From Candidatus Amesbacteria bacterium GW2011_GWB1_47_19 (GTDB lineage Bacteria; Patescibacteriota; Microgenomatia; CAZETR01; Amesbacteraceae): a stretch of DNA of 64,000 nucleotides. Under the pieces are notes generated by a model that was not told where the DNA came from, did not search any database, and saw only the letters and a list, made by a program, of their open reading frames with translations. Below, piece after piece: positions 39,795-49,243 of the stretch (its first letter is position 1; each line of letters opens with the position of its first letter). The DNA lies in NCBI GenBank assembly GCA_001002325.1, contig LCNZ01000007.1, positions 91,410-155,409 on the forward strand, read 5' to 3'. The position numbers and the translations under genes are program-made.

Positions 39795-41078
39795 TCAGCC
39801 AGCAATAGTAGATCCAGTAATAAACTTTATATATTGTTCTGCTTCGTCGCGGTAGTCTTTGAAAAGGGTGAAACTGGGAGCGGCGGGGGAGAGGAGGCAA
39901 ATTTCCCCTGATGCAGTATGATCCAGTGCCAGTTTGACTGCATCCTGCATACTTTCAGTGTAATAGTACCCGATGTTCGGGTTTTGTTTAACAGAGATAA
40001 TTTCACTCCAAATCCGGGGTCCGGTGGCGGGGAAAGCAATAAGTGTCTTTATACCTGAAGATAGTATCTTTTTTGCTAATTCGGAGTAATTTTGTTTGCG
40101 ATCATGGCCGCCGGCGATAAGAGTGGTGACTTTGGGGTGTAATGCGTCTATAGCAGCGATTGTCGCTTCAGGAATGGTCGCCAGAGTGTCGGAGTAAAAC
40201 TCAATTCCTTTTTTTGTACCTACCGGTTGCAGGCGGGTATCCAGGGGGGTGAATTCTTTGACCGCGGCGTAGAGTTTATCCTTCGGGAGATTAAGAATTT
40301 CAGCGACTTTCAGGGCGGGAATGATATTGAGCCGATTGTGTTTGCCAAGGAGTTTGGTTTTTGTAGCCGGACCGAAGTCATTAAAGGAAAATATAATTTT
40401 TTTGGCAAGGGTGGGAATATCTGTTTGAGTGATCAGATAATCTTTGGCAGATTGGAAATTGGTAATATTGTATTTGGCATTTTTATATTCCTCGAAGCCT
40501 GTGTGGTAGTCCAAATGATCCGAATAAATGGCCTGCAAAACTGCGATATGTGGGCTGGTTTGCAGATCCATCAGCTGGTAAGAAGACAGCTCTAACACGA
40601 CCCAGGTGTCTGGGGTGATTTCCGGCAGGAAATCCAGCGCTGGACGACCGATATTGCCTACCAATACTACCGGTAAACTCGATTTTTTGATAACTTCATA
40701 TATCAGACTGGTAGTAGTAGATTTACCCTTTGTGCCGGTAATACCGATAGTATTTTTGCTGGGGCAGACCTCAAAGAATATTTCCGTATGGGAAGTGAAA
40801 ACTGCACCCCTTTTTTTAGCGGCTACTAATTCAGGTTTATGGGGAGAGATACCGGGACTTTTAATTACCAATTTCCAATTTTCAATTTTCAAATAATTTT
40901 CACCAAACTGTATATGTATCAGGGGGTCGTCGGGGAGCCAGTCGGGGGTTTTTTGATCGGCCAGACCGATAATCAGTTCAGGAAATTTCGCACGCAGATA
41001 TTTGTAAGTGGATTGGCCTTCCCGGGCAAAACCCAATATGAGAACTTTATCGGATTGGGAAATTTTATCGATAATCAT
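39795..41078 (-). CDS. murD: UDP-N-acetylmuramoylalanine--D-glutamate ligase.
   Basis: Mur ligase P-loop IGITGTKGKSTTTS. It contains an in-frame caatttt-family insertion (LKIENWKL) near the N-terminus. Confidence 0.7.
   Translation of the reverse strand: MIIDKISQSDKVLILGFAREGQSTYKYLRAKFPELIIGLADQKTPDWLPDDPLIHIQFGENYLKIENWKLVIKSPGISPHKPELVAAKKRGAVFTSHTEIFFEVCPSKNTIGITGTKGKSTTTSLIYEVIKKSSLPVVLVGNIGRPALDFLPEITPDTWVVLELSSYQLMDLQTSPHIAVLQAIYSDHLDYHTGFEEYKNAKYNITNFQSAKDYLITQTDIPTLAKKIIFSFNDFGPATKTKLLGKHNRLNIIPALKVAEILNLPKDKLYAAVKEFTPLDTRLQPVGTKKGIEFYSDTLATIPEATIAAIDALHPKVTTLIAGGHDRKQNYSELAKKILSSGIKTLIAFPATGPRIWSEIISVKQNPNIGYYYTESMQDAVKLALDHTASGEICLLSPAAPSFTLFKDYRDEAEQYIKFITGSTIAG
40868..40893. repeat. 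caatttt-family repeat inside murD (coding on the minus strand as LKIENWKL).
   Basis: ccaatttccaattttcaattttcaaa. Confidence 0.7.
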
Positions 41079-41091
41079 ATTAAGTTTTTAA

Positions 41092-41147
41092 AACCTCACC
41101 TCTAACCCCTCTCCTAATTCAGGAGAGGGGAACCGAAGGGGTGAGGT
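41092..41147 (+). repeat. Nested palindromic repeat, copy C. It overlaps the 3' end of the PP-loop gene, and the TGA stop lies in its loop.
   Basis: cctcacctctaacccctctcctaattcaggagaggggaaccgaaggggtgagg, with inner and outer inverted repeats. Confidence 0.7.
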
Positions 41148-42477
41148 ATTGGGATTTTAATATATCTTCGAATTCCTTTGGCATGTTGGGATTATCCTGC
41201 CAGGAGGAGAGGATCCGGTCTAGTCCTTTTCCGGTAAAAGCCGCATTGGCTTCGGCGCGGGTGAGGACGCATTCGAAAGGTTTGACGGGGTTTTTGCCCA
41301 GCAGGTCATCCATAATACTTATATTTTCGGGCAGGTCAGGGGGATATGAGCCCATTATTTCCGACACTTTATCTTTACCTATAAAACAAGCCAGCATCAT
41401 GGCGGTGGAAACGCATTTGGGACAGTGTTGACACCATAAGCCTTTGGGATGGCTTTTGGGATCCAGTTTGAAGTTGGTGTTGCAGCTGGAAAAGATTTTG
41501 AAATATTGTGGATAGCGGGAAAAGATTTTGGTAATTTGGATTTCGTAGAGAGGACGGAGGAAGGAAAAATATGAGATATGAGAATTGAGAAATAAGAGAT
41601 ATTGGTTGAAATCAGTTTCAAATTCCAGTGACTTGGAATATTGATGGTTGATGGTGTGGTCCAAATATTCGGTGTTACCTTCATCACTGCTGCGCTCGTT
41701 ACTGAAGGTGATATATTTGCATTCGGTAATTTGGGCTGCCAATAATGCTTCAAATGAATGTGTAGCAGTGATAGGGACATGACCATTCAAATAGCCTAGT
41801 GAATTAAGTTCATGGAGATGGGGATCGATGGTGCTGGTCAGGATAAAAGGCGACAGGCTTGCGGTCTTGCAGACGTTTAACATCAGAGGGACAGGGTCGA
41901 CCAGGAAGGGAATAACATTGTAGTGGGGTTTGAGGAGTTCGAGGGTGACGATGGAGTCTTTGCCCCCACCGACTGGAACCAGAACTTTGTTATTCCCCCA
42001 TATTTTCTTAAATACCTCACCCTCTTCTCCCTCTCCTAATCTAGGAGAGGGATGGGGAGAGGTTTTAAAAGCGCTTAATGCCAGAAAATCCTTTTCGGTA
42101 AAATCAATTTGATTCTTGTAAAAATATTCCCCCATGCCTTTTAAAAACAATTTTTCCCAAAAAGAAATTTGAGAGGCAGACAGGTTTCCGGCCCGGATTT
42201 CGATGACGGGGGAGCAGGTGGATTTCCAGTAGGAGGGCATTAAAGACAGACCCATATGGAAGATGAGATTATCCAGGGTTGGTAGTACCTCACCCCTTTG
42301 ATTCCCCTCTCCTAATTTAGGAGAGGGGTTAGGGGAGAGGTTAATTTTATGGGTGAAGTGGTGATCAGGTGGGATGGAATAGAAAAATTTAATTTCCAAA
42401 TCCCCGTTTACTATTTCGTACTCAAACTTCTCGTAAATAAATTTGGGGTATTTATGGCGAAGTTCCTGATACTTCAT
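41119..42477 (-). CDS. PP-loop (SGGxDS-type) ATP pyrophosphatase family protein of unknown specificity, embedded between murD and murC.
   Basis: VLVPVGGGKDS PP-loop at about residue 165 and a downstream CQHCPKC. Two in-frame copies of the palindromic repeat encode SP(H/N)PSP(R/K)LGEG..GEV. Confidence 0.5.
   Translation of the reverse strand: MKYQELRHKYPKFIYEKFEYEIVNGDLEIKFFYSIPPDHHFTHKINLSPNPSPKLGEGNQRGEVLPTLDNLIFHMGLSLMPSYWKSTCSPVIEIRAGNLSASQISFWEKLFLKGMGEYFYKNQIDFTEKDFLALSAFKTSPHPSPRLGEGEEGEVFKKIWGNNKVLVPVGGGKDSIVTLELLKPHYNVIPFLVDPVPLMLNVCKTASLSPFILTSTIDPHLHELNSLGYLNGHVPITATHSFEALLAAQITECKYITFSNERSSDEGNTEYLDHTINHQYSKSLEFETDFNQYLLFLNSHISYFSFLRPLYEIQITKIFSRYPQYFKIFSSCNTNFKLDPKSHPKGLWCQHCPKCVSTAMMLACFIGKDKVSEIMGSYPPDLPENISIMDDLLGKNPVKPFECVLTRAEANAAFTGKGLDRILSSWQDNPNMPKEFEDILKSQYLTPSVPLS
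42012..42065 (+). repeat. Nested palindromic repeat, copy D (inside the PP-loop CDS, in frame).
   Basis: cctcaccctcttctccctctcctaatctaggagagggatggggagagg. Confidence 0.7.
42287..42342 (+). repeat. Nested palindromic repeat, copy E (inside the PP-loop CDS, in frame).
   Basis: cctcacccctttgattcccctctcctaatttaggagaggggttaggggagagg. Confidence 0.7.
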
Positions 42478-43826
42478 AGAGATTCAAATATCTGCCGGGA
42501 GAGTTTGTGGGAGAGGCCACTGCCCATCACCAGGATAACCGTGTTAGATAGAGATATTCGCGCTTCGCTAAGAGAGCGGAGATAGAGAATAATATCATTA
42601 AATTCTGGAATATAGCGGCAATTATCGTGTTTGGAGGCGGCGGTGATATCCGCGCCGGAAAAATCACCGGGGTCGGTTTCTCGGGAGGCGAATATTTTTG
42701 AAATGATAACCTTATCGGCAGCTCTAAGACTTTCGGGTAGTTGGGGGAGGAGGGTGCGCAATCGGGTGAAGGTGTGGGGTTCGATGACGGCAATAACCTG
42801 GTCCTGTGGGTGGAGTTGTTTGACGCCATTGATGGTGGCAGCGAAGGCTGTCGGGTGGTTGGCATAATCATCGTAGATCTTAACCCCATTTTTTTCTCCG
42901 ATTAATTCCAGCCGACGTCCGATACCGGAGAATTGTTTAAGAGTTGAGTTTAAGTCTGAGTGATTAATATTCAGAATTTCGGCCAGTTTTATGATACCCA
43001 GAGCATTAGATATGTTGTGGCGGCCGGGAATTTTCAGTGAGTACTTGTGTCTGTGGTATTCGAAAGAAGTTGAGTCGGGGGTAGGCTCGATATTATTAGT
43101 ATCTTTGAGTGAGTAGTAGTGGGTGGCGGGGGGTAATCGGAGCTGGGTGATAAGGGGAGAATCGCGATTAACAATAATGTGCCCTCCGGGTTTGAGGCTG
43201 TTAATAAAATTTTGATACGTATCCAAAAGATTTTCCTCGCTGGTGAAAAATTCGGGGTGATCCATTTCGATATTGTTAAGAATGATGATATCCGGGCGGT
43301 AAGAGGCGAAATTTTCGTGAAATTCGTCTGCTTCGGATATGAAATAATCGGATTTGCCCAGACGAAAATTGTTGTGCCAGACAAGGACAGTGGCACCGAC
43401 CTCTACCGTGGGGTCTAAGCCGGCAGTTTCCAATAATATTCCCGCCAAAGCAGTGGTGGTGGATTTGCCATGTGTGCCGGCAATACAAATCACGAATTTG
43501 TTTTTGTGCAGATATTTACCCATAAATTCCTGCCATTTCATGAGAATGCTTTTCTCCCGTCCCAGAGCGGTTTCGGGGTGATCGTCGTTTTGGTAAAACA
43601 CGGCAGGCGTCACAGCGAGGATGTCAATATCTTTAAGATGGCCGGAATTGTGGCCCATTGAGACAGTGATGCCAAGTTTCTTGACCTTTTCAATATAGGG
43701 TGTATCGGTTTGAAGATCACAACCGGTGACGATGTATCCCCGGGCATGAGCAATCTGGGCTACAGCTGACATACCGGAGCCGCCGATACCCATAAAATGG
43801 ATTCTGAGGGGGCGTTTTTCTTGCAC
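42474..43826 (-). CDS. murC: UDP-N-acetylmuramate--L-alanine ligase.
   Basis: N-terminal IHFMGIGGSGMSAVA and Mur ligase P-loop IAGTHGKSTTTA. Confidence 0.85.
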   Translation of the reverse strand: MQEKRPLRIHFMGIGGSGMSAVAQIAHARGYIVTGCDLQTDTPYIEKVKKLGITVSMGHNSGHLKDIDILAVTPAVFYQNDDHPETALGREKSILMKWQEFMGKYLHKNKFVICIAGTHGKSTTTALAGILLETAGLDPTVEVGATVLVWHNNFRLGKSDYFISEADEFHENFASYRPDIIILNNIEMDHPEFFTSEENLLDTYQNFINSLKPGGHIIVNRDSPLITQLRLPPATHYYSLKDTNNIEPTPDSTSFEYHRHKYSLKIPGRHNISNALGIIKLAEILNINHSDLNSTLKQFSGIGRRLELIGEKNGVKIYDDYANHPTAFAATINGVKQLHPQDQVIAVIEPHTFTRLRTLLPQLPESLRAADKVIISKIFASRETDPGDFSGADITAASKHDNCRYIPEFNDIILYLRSLSEARISLSNTVILVMGSGLSHKLSRQIFESL

Positions 43827-43839
43827 TGAGGGTATTATA

Positions 43840-44880
43840 ATGGATAACGTGCACTTCTATTTCGGTCTGATAATCCTGGCTTTCGTTATTACGTTCTTAT
43901 TGATGATACCGTTTATCGGTTTTTTGTACCGGATGAAATTCCAGCGTTCGGCGGAAACGCAGGAAGTGAGAAAGTCTGCCACCAGGGCTTTTTATAAGAT
44001 CAGAGAAATGCACGCCGTTAAAGTAGGTGTACCGACGGGTGGTGGAATTCTGGTTTCTGCAGTGGTGATCGTAATATTCGGTGTAGTTTTTTTGATTCGT
44101 AACGGTCAAATGATCTCCGGGCATGAGTTGTGGCGCGAACTCGGAGTGATACTGCTGACTTTTTCAGGTTTCGGAGCTTTGGGTTTTTATGACGATGTAA
44201 TAAAGATTTTCGGATTTGCAAAAACCGGCTTTTTCGGATTGAGAATGCGGCAAAAGTTTCTATTGCAGTTATTGGTGGGACTGGCTGTGGGGGCGTTTTT
44301 ATATTTTGGGTTGGGAATTGATATAATAAATATTCCCATTGTGGGAAGATATTTTCATCTGGAATGGGGGATAATTCCCCTGGCTGCATTTCTGATTGTG
44401 GGTTTTGCTAATTCTTTTGATTTTACTGACGGTCTGGACGGACTTTCCGGCGGACTTTTGATGATTTGCTTAATGGCGTTTGTGGTGATCGCCTCGAGGG
44501 AGTTGGATGAAGTGCTGCTGACTTTTATTGTTTTGTGGTTGGGTGCCCTGATGGCGTATTTATATTTCAACATCTTTCCTGCGAGGATAATGCTGGGTAA
44601 TGTGGGAGGTCTGGCTTTCGGAGCCACGCTGGCAGTTATTGGACTGCTGTCAGGAAAGACGGTGGCATTACTGGTTATAGGAGGCATCTTTCTGGCTGAG
44701 GGGATGAGCAGTCTGTTGCAGCTTTTCAGCAAGAAGTTTATGAAAAAAAGGATTTTTCCCATTGCCCCATTTCACCATTGGTTACAGCTTCTGGGTTGGG
44801 AGGAACCAAAGATCGTGGCCAGAGCCTGGCTGGCGGGATTTATTTTGGCGGTATTCGGTGTGTGGCTGGCAGTGCTATAA
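43840..44880 (+). CDS. mraY: Phospho-N-acetylmuramoyl-pentapeptide transferase.
   Basis: Polytopic membrane protein with NSFDFTDGLDGLSGG and a HHW motif. Confidence 0.85.
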   Translation: MDNVHFYFGLIILAFVITFLLMIPFIGFLYRMKFQRSAETQEVRKSATRAFYKIREMHAVKVGVPTGGGILVSAVVIVIFGVVFLIRNGQMISGHELWRELGVILLTFSGFGALGFYDDVIKIFGFAKTGFFGLRMRQKFLLQLLVGLAVGAFLYFGLGIDIINIPIVGRYFHLEWGIIPLAAFLIVGFANSFDFTDGLDGLSGGLLMICLMAFVVIASRELDEVLLTFIVLWLGALMAYLYFNIFPARIMLGNVGGLAFGATLAVIGLLSGKTVALLVIGGIFLAEGMSSLLQLFSKKFMKKRIFPIAPFHHWLQLLGWEEPKIVARAWLAGFILAVFGVWLAVL

Positions 44881-44917
44881 GTATTGACATTGTATATATA
44901 TTGTATATACTCGTCGT

Positions 44918-45205
44918 ATGGACACGGCGGTGATTAATGTCAGAACGGATCCCAAACTGAAGCGGGCTGCTATGCAAACTGCCCGGGAGTTGGGGTTTAG
45001 CTTAAGTGCTTTGGTGAATGCATATTTAATGAATCTGATAAAAACCAGGACTATTCATATTTCTGATTCGGAAGAACCGAGTGAATATTTGATTCAGGCT
45101 ATTAGGGAAGCGGAGGAAGAACGAAAAAGGGGAAAATATTATTCTTTCGATTCTGCTGATAAGGCGTTGAAGTTTTTGGATAAGGTAATTGCAGGGAAGA
45201 AATAA
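44918..45205 (+). CDS. Type II antitoxin, RelB/DinJ family.
   Basis: Ribbon-helix-helix-like N-terminus (INVRTDPKLKRAAMQTARELGFSLSALV). It lies upstream of a YafQ-like gene. Confidence 0.55.
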   Translation: MDTAVINVRTDPKLKRAAMQTARELGFSLSALVNAYLMNLIKTRTIHISDSEEPSEYLIQAIREAEEERKRGKYYSFDSADKALKFLDKVIAGKK

Positions 45206-45207
45206 AT

Positions 45208-45468
45208 ATGCATGTTGACTATGCGGAGAAGTTTATTAAACAATTAAAAAAGGCTTCGAAACCAGTGCAAAAATCGGTACGGGAAAGAGTTGAAATATAT
45301 ATATCTGACAAGTTTCACCCGCTCCTGAATAACCATGCACTGTCCGGAAAATATCAGGGATACAGAAGTATTAATGTTACTGGTGACTGGCAAGCGGTTT
45401 TTCGGATGATCGATGATGACACGGTATATTTTGAAATGCTCGGTACACACAGTCGGTTGTACAAATAG
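45208..45468 (+). CDS. Type II toxin, YafQ/RelE family mRNA interferase.
   Basis: 86 aa ending ...FRMIDDDTVYFEMLGTHSRLYK. Confidence 0.6.
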   Translation: MHVDYAEKFIKQLKKASKPVQKSVRERVEIYISDKFHPLLNNHALSGKYQGYRSINVTGDWQAVFRMIDDDTVYFEMLGTHSRLYK

Positions 45469-45492
45469 GGAGATATTAGTAGAATTGGGGCG

Positions 45493-46368
45493 GTGGAAAT
45501 TGAGAAGGTGATCAAGGAGTTTGTGGACGAGTTTTGTGATTTGGTATGGAAGGAGTTGGGAGGAAAGGGAATAAAGGGAATTGGAGTAACCGGAAGTTAT
45601 GCTCGGGGTGATTACTCCAAAACAAGACCTGATGTTAATTTTGCAGTATTTGGGACATCGGATGCTGCGGTTTCATGGAAAATAGGCCGGGTGGCATCCG
45701 GTTTAAATAAAAAATATTCCCAGTGGGTAAATTTGCGTCCGGAATATCATCCGGAAAGATTTGCAGCTCCGTGGGGGAGAGATATAAATAAAACCGATTT
45801 GTTTTTTAAAATAGCGTTTTTTGATGTTAAGGAGAGGGATTTATTAATGCCCTTCGGGCGGCCGGGATATGTATTGGAAGGTCACAAATTGTCGATAAAA
45901 ATGTGGCATGGTAGAAATTTATTTGAGGATATCATTGTTACATCGAGTAATGATGAAGTAATTAAGGGGTGCAATTATATGTATTCACAGTGGGTGAGAG
46001 CAATAAAACTTACCCCTTTGGCATATGACTTGGAGCAGGATGCGGATCTGTTCTTTGGCGAAGCATTAGTATGGGGAAAAATTGCGGTTCAGCAGTATGC
46101 TTGGGTACAGGGGATAAAAAACGGACTGGATTATGTGAATGATGAGGATAGGATGAAAATATTTAGTCGGGTGCATGACAAAGAAAAACTCCGGGGTTTT
46201 TTTAAGCTACCCAGGAAAGAGCAGGAGATGGTGAATTTAATATTAGATGCAAGGAAGAAATATCAGGAATGGAAGACAGATTCCAAGATGGCAGAAAAGC
46301 TATATCAAAGTTCATATCACCTTCTAAATTATTTCTGGGATGAGACAAAGAAATTGATGCCTAAATAA
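45493..46368 (+). CDS. Nucleotidyltransferase-domain protein (pol-beta superfamily, MNT/KNTase-like).
   Basis: GSYARGDYSKTRPDVNF matches hG[GS]x9-13Dh[DE]h, but the second acidic residue is replaced by N. At 291 aa it is larger than a minimal MNT. Confidence 0.45.
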   Translation: MEIEKVIKEFVDEFCDLVWKELGGKGIKGIGVTGSYARGDYSKTRPDVNFAVFGTSDAAVSWKIGRVASGLNKKYSQWVNLRPEYHPERFAAPWGRDINKTDLFFKIAFFDVKERDLLMPFGRPGYVLEGHKLSIKMWHGRNLFEDIIVTSSNDEVIKGCNYMYSQWVRAIKLTPLAYDLEQDADLFFGEALVWGKIAVQQYAWVQGIKNGLDYVNDEDRMKIFSRVHDKEKLRGFFKLPRKEQEMVNLILDARKKYQEWKTDSKMAEKLYQSSYHLLNYFWDETKKLMPK

Positions 46369-46396
46369 TACTGAAGAGGGATGACTTTTTGGTAAG

Positions 46397-47641
46397 ATGG
46401 GGGATATGGATAAAGTGAAACTGAAAAAGGAAATTAGGTGGTGGGGACAGAGGGTGAAGAATGTGTATCATTTCCTGGTATCGGCGGCGATGGTAATAAA
46501 ATACGGATATCCGGCGGGAAAACTGACAGTAATCGGAGTGACGGGGACGGACGGAAAGACGACGACATGCACTCTGATATACGAAATACTCAAGGCTGCA
46601 GGGTACAAAACAGCTTTGATTTCCACCGTGGTAGCGAAAATAGGTGATCAGGAGATAGAAACCGGTCTGCATACGACGAATCCGGATGCGAGACAGATGC
46701 AGCCTTTGTTAGCGCGAATGGTAAAGGCGGGAGTGACGCATCTGGTGATGGAGGTGACAGCGCACGGACTGGACCAATACCGGGTATGGGGGTGCAATTT
46801 TTATATCGGGGTACTGACGAATATAACCCATGAACATCTGGATGATTTTGTGGATATGAGGAGATATATATCTGCTAAAGCCAAGTTGTTTAGGGGAGTA
46901 AAGTTTGCCGTATTGAATGGGGATGATCTGTCGTTTAGGAATTTACAATTTTCAATTTACAATTTTCAATCAAATTCAAAACCCCAAATAATTAAATATT
47001 CAAAAACAAAATTAAAAAATATCAGTCCAGCGCTTTTTGGGGGATACAATTTATATAATATCGGCGCGGCGGAAGCGGTGTGCCGAATATTAGAAATTAG
47101 AAGTGAGATAGTAGAATTGACAGTAGGTAATTTTTCAGGAGTACCGGGGAGGAGGGAAGAAGTGAAGGTGGGGCAAAAATTCAGGATATACGTTGATTTT
47201 GCTCATACTCCCAATGCTTTGGAACAGATGCTAAGGACACTTCAAGCGGAGCAGGCACAGCAGGCAAAGAAAGGTAAAATAATTCTGGTTTTTGGGTGCA
47301 CGGGGGAGAGAGATAAAGATAAAAGACCTATGATGGGAGAGATTGCCGCGAGGCTGGCGGATGTGGTGATAGTTACTTCGGACGATACGAGGATGGAAGA
47401 TCAAAATGAGATTGCCCGGCAAATTGTCGCCGGGATAGAAAAGAGAGACAGAAACAGAGTAATTATTGAAAATGACAGGCGGAAAGCGATTGAAATGGCA
47501 GTGGGTAAGGCCAAACCCGGCGACGCTGTATTATTGGCAGGAAAAGGGCATGAAAAGTCTATTCTGATAGGTAAAACCGAGAGACATTGGTCGGACAAAG
47601 AAGAGGTAATACAGGCTTTTGAAAAGCAGGTTTGTCTGTGA
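46397..47641 (+). CDS. murE: UDP-N-acetylmuramoyl-L-alanyl-D-glutamate--2,6-diaminopimelate (or L-Lys) ligase.
   Basis: P-loop VIGVTGTDGKTTT and the MurE DFAHTPNAL motif. An AT-rich in-frame insertion (NLQFSIYNFQSNSKPQIIKYSKTKLKN) lies at 46941-47030. Confidence 0.7.
   Translation: MGDMDKVKLKKEIRWWGQRVKNVYHFLVSAAMVIKYGYPAGKLTVIGVTGTDGKTTTCTLIYEILKAAGYKTALISTVVAKIGDQEIETGLHTTNPDARQMQPLLARMVKAGVTHLVMEVTAHGLDQYRVWGCNFYIGVLTNITHEHLDDFVDMRRYISAKAKLFRGVKFAVLNGDDLSFRNLQFSIYNFQSNSKPQIIKYSKTKLKNISPALFGGYNLYNIGAAEAVCRILEIRSEIVELTVGNFSGVPGRREEVKVGQKFRIYVDFAHTPNALEQMLRTLQAEQAQQAKKGKIILVFGCTGERDKDKRPMMGEIAARLADVVIVTSDDTRMEDQNEIARQIVAGIEKRDRNRVIIENDRRKAIEMAVGKAKPGDAVLLAGKGHEKSILIGKTERHWSDKEEVIQAFEKQVCL
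46941..47030 (+). repeat. caatttt-family AT-rich module inside murE, in frame.
   Basis: aatttacaattttcaatttacaattttcaatcaaattcaaaacccc... Confidence 0.7.
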
Positions 47642-48752
47642 TAAGGTGGGGAAGCTTATGAGGAGATATTTTCGGTTATATCGAACTGATCTGGGAGAGT
47701 ATATTTATGCCTGGTATCGGTATGTTTACCGCCGGCTGTACGGGGTTTTTTCCAAGTTTGAAAGGATCAAGGGCCTGATTACAGTTGTGTTGTACCGACA
47801 GCGGGGAAGATTTACCAGGCCGTTTGTGCATACCGCAATGGGCGGGTTGGTGGCCATGTCTGTGGTTCTGGCACCGGTTCTGGCCAGTTCGTTTCCCGGG
47901 GTGGATAAGGAAAGCCTGACAGACCAACAACCGGAAACGGAAATAATGCGTACGACGGAAACGGATACGGCAACCCAGGTGTCCGAGAAGGTGCGGGATA
48001 AAGTTATGGATTACCAGGTTCAAACCGGGGATACAGCATCGGAGATTGCCGATAAATTCGGGATATCTGTGGATACCATCCGTTGGGAAAACAACCTGAC
48101 CTCGGTAAATCAGATTAAACCCGGTCAAACTCTGAAGATTCTACCAGTGACGGGAGTGAAACATAAAGTCGGCAGGGGGGAAACGATTTATTCCATTGCC
48201 AAGAAATACAACGCCAATCCTCAGGGTGTGGTAGATTTTCCGTTTAATACCTTTGCGGATAATGAGGTTTTTTCTTTAGCGGTGGGTCAGGAATTGATTA
48301 TTCCCGATGGTGTAAAACCGGCAGAAATACAATGGTCTCCGGCCAGGAGTGTTGCCCAACAGACTCCGAATGCGGGTGTGGTATCAGCGCTGGGTAATTT
48401 TGTATGGCCAATCGGAGGCAGGATAACCCAGGGTTACAGGTTTTATCATCAGGGGATCGATATAGCTACAGCTTTCGGGACTCCGGTTGTAGCTGCAGAC
48501 TCGGGGAGGGTTGTTGTGTCCGGGTGGCCTGACGGATCCGGGTATGGGATACGGGTGGAAATTGACCACGGCAACGGCTACATTACCAGGTATGGCCATT
48601 TGTCAAAAACACTGGTGGGAACAGGTCAGACAGTAAACAGGGGAGACAGGATCGGGCTGGAAGGGTCAACGGGGAGGTCGACAGGGCCGCATTTGCATTT
48701 TGAAATAGTCAGAGGAGGAGTCAAACTGAACCCCCTGAATTTCCTGAAATAG
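47619..48752 (+). CDS. M23 family metallopeptidase with two LysM domains.
   Basis: LysM (YQVQTGDTASEIADKFGISV; HKVGRGETIYSIAKKY). The M23 core contains HQGIDIA and HLHFEI. Confidence 0.8.
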   Translation: MKSRFVCDKVGKLMRRYFRLYRTDLGEYIYAWYRYVYRRLYGVFSKFERIKGLITVVLYRQRGRFTRPFVHTAMGGLVAMSVVLAPVLASSFPGVDKESLTDQQPETEIMRTTETDTATQVSEKVRDKVMDYQVQTGDTASEIADKFGISVDTIRWENNLTSVNQIKPGQTLKILPVTGVKHKVGRGETIYSIAKKYNANPQGVVDFPFNTFADNEVFSLAVGQELIIPDGVKPAEIQWSPARSVAQQTPNAGVVSALGNFVWPIGGRITQGYRFYHQGIDIATAFGTPVVAADSGRVVVSGWPDGSGYGIRVEIDHGNGYITRYGHLSKTLVGTGQTVNRGDRIGLEGSTGRSTGPHLHFEIVRGGVKLNPLNFLK

Positions 48753-48920
48753 GGGTGGCTATGCTATAATCAGTGCAACCCAGTTCCAAGTCCTTCTGGA
48801 ATAAATTCCCGGAAGTGAAATAAACAGGGATTTTTAACTAGAAGGAGGTGATAAAAAAAGATAATACAATTGGTTAGGGTCCTTTTTACGGGGCCTTTTT
48901 TAATTGATTAACGAATTTAT

Positions 48921-49208
48921 ATGAGCGATGCTAAATTAGCAGACCAAACTTTGACATGTAAGGATTGCGGAAATCAGTTTGTATGGACGGTCGGGGAACA
49001 AAAGTTCTATCAGGAGAAAGGGTTTACCAACCCTCCCACCAGATGTCCGGATTGCCGTGCAAAAAAGAAATCCGAATCCATGGGTCAACGCAGAGACTTT
49101 CCGATTACCTGCAGTAATTGCGGTAAACAGGATACAGTACCGTTTGAACCCAGAGGAGATAAGCCGGTATTGTGCCGGGACTGTTTCCGAAACAGCCGCA
49201 AGGCTTAA
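48921..49208 (+). CDS. Zinc-ribbon protein (two CxxC pairs, twice).
   Basis: CKDCG..CPDCR and CSNCG..CRDCF. Confidence 0.45.
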   Translation: MSDAKLADQTLTCKDCGNQFVWTVGEQKFYQEKGFTNPPTRCPDCRAKKKSESMGQRRDFPITCSNCGKQDTVPFEPRGDKPVLCRDCFRNSRKA

Positions 49209-49210
49209 AT

Positions 49211-49243
49211 AAAAAAAGCGCCTTTTTTAAGGCGCTTTTTTTA
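49211..49243. terminator. Bidirectional rho-independent terminator between convergent genes.
   Basis: aaagcgcctt / aaggcgcttt perfect hairpin with A/T tracts on both sides. Confidence 0.65.
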
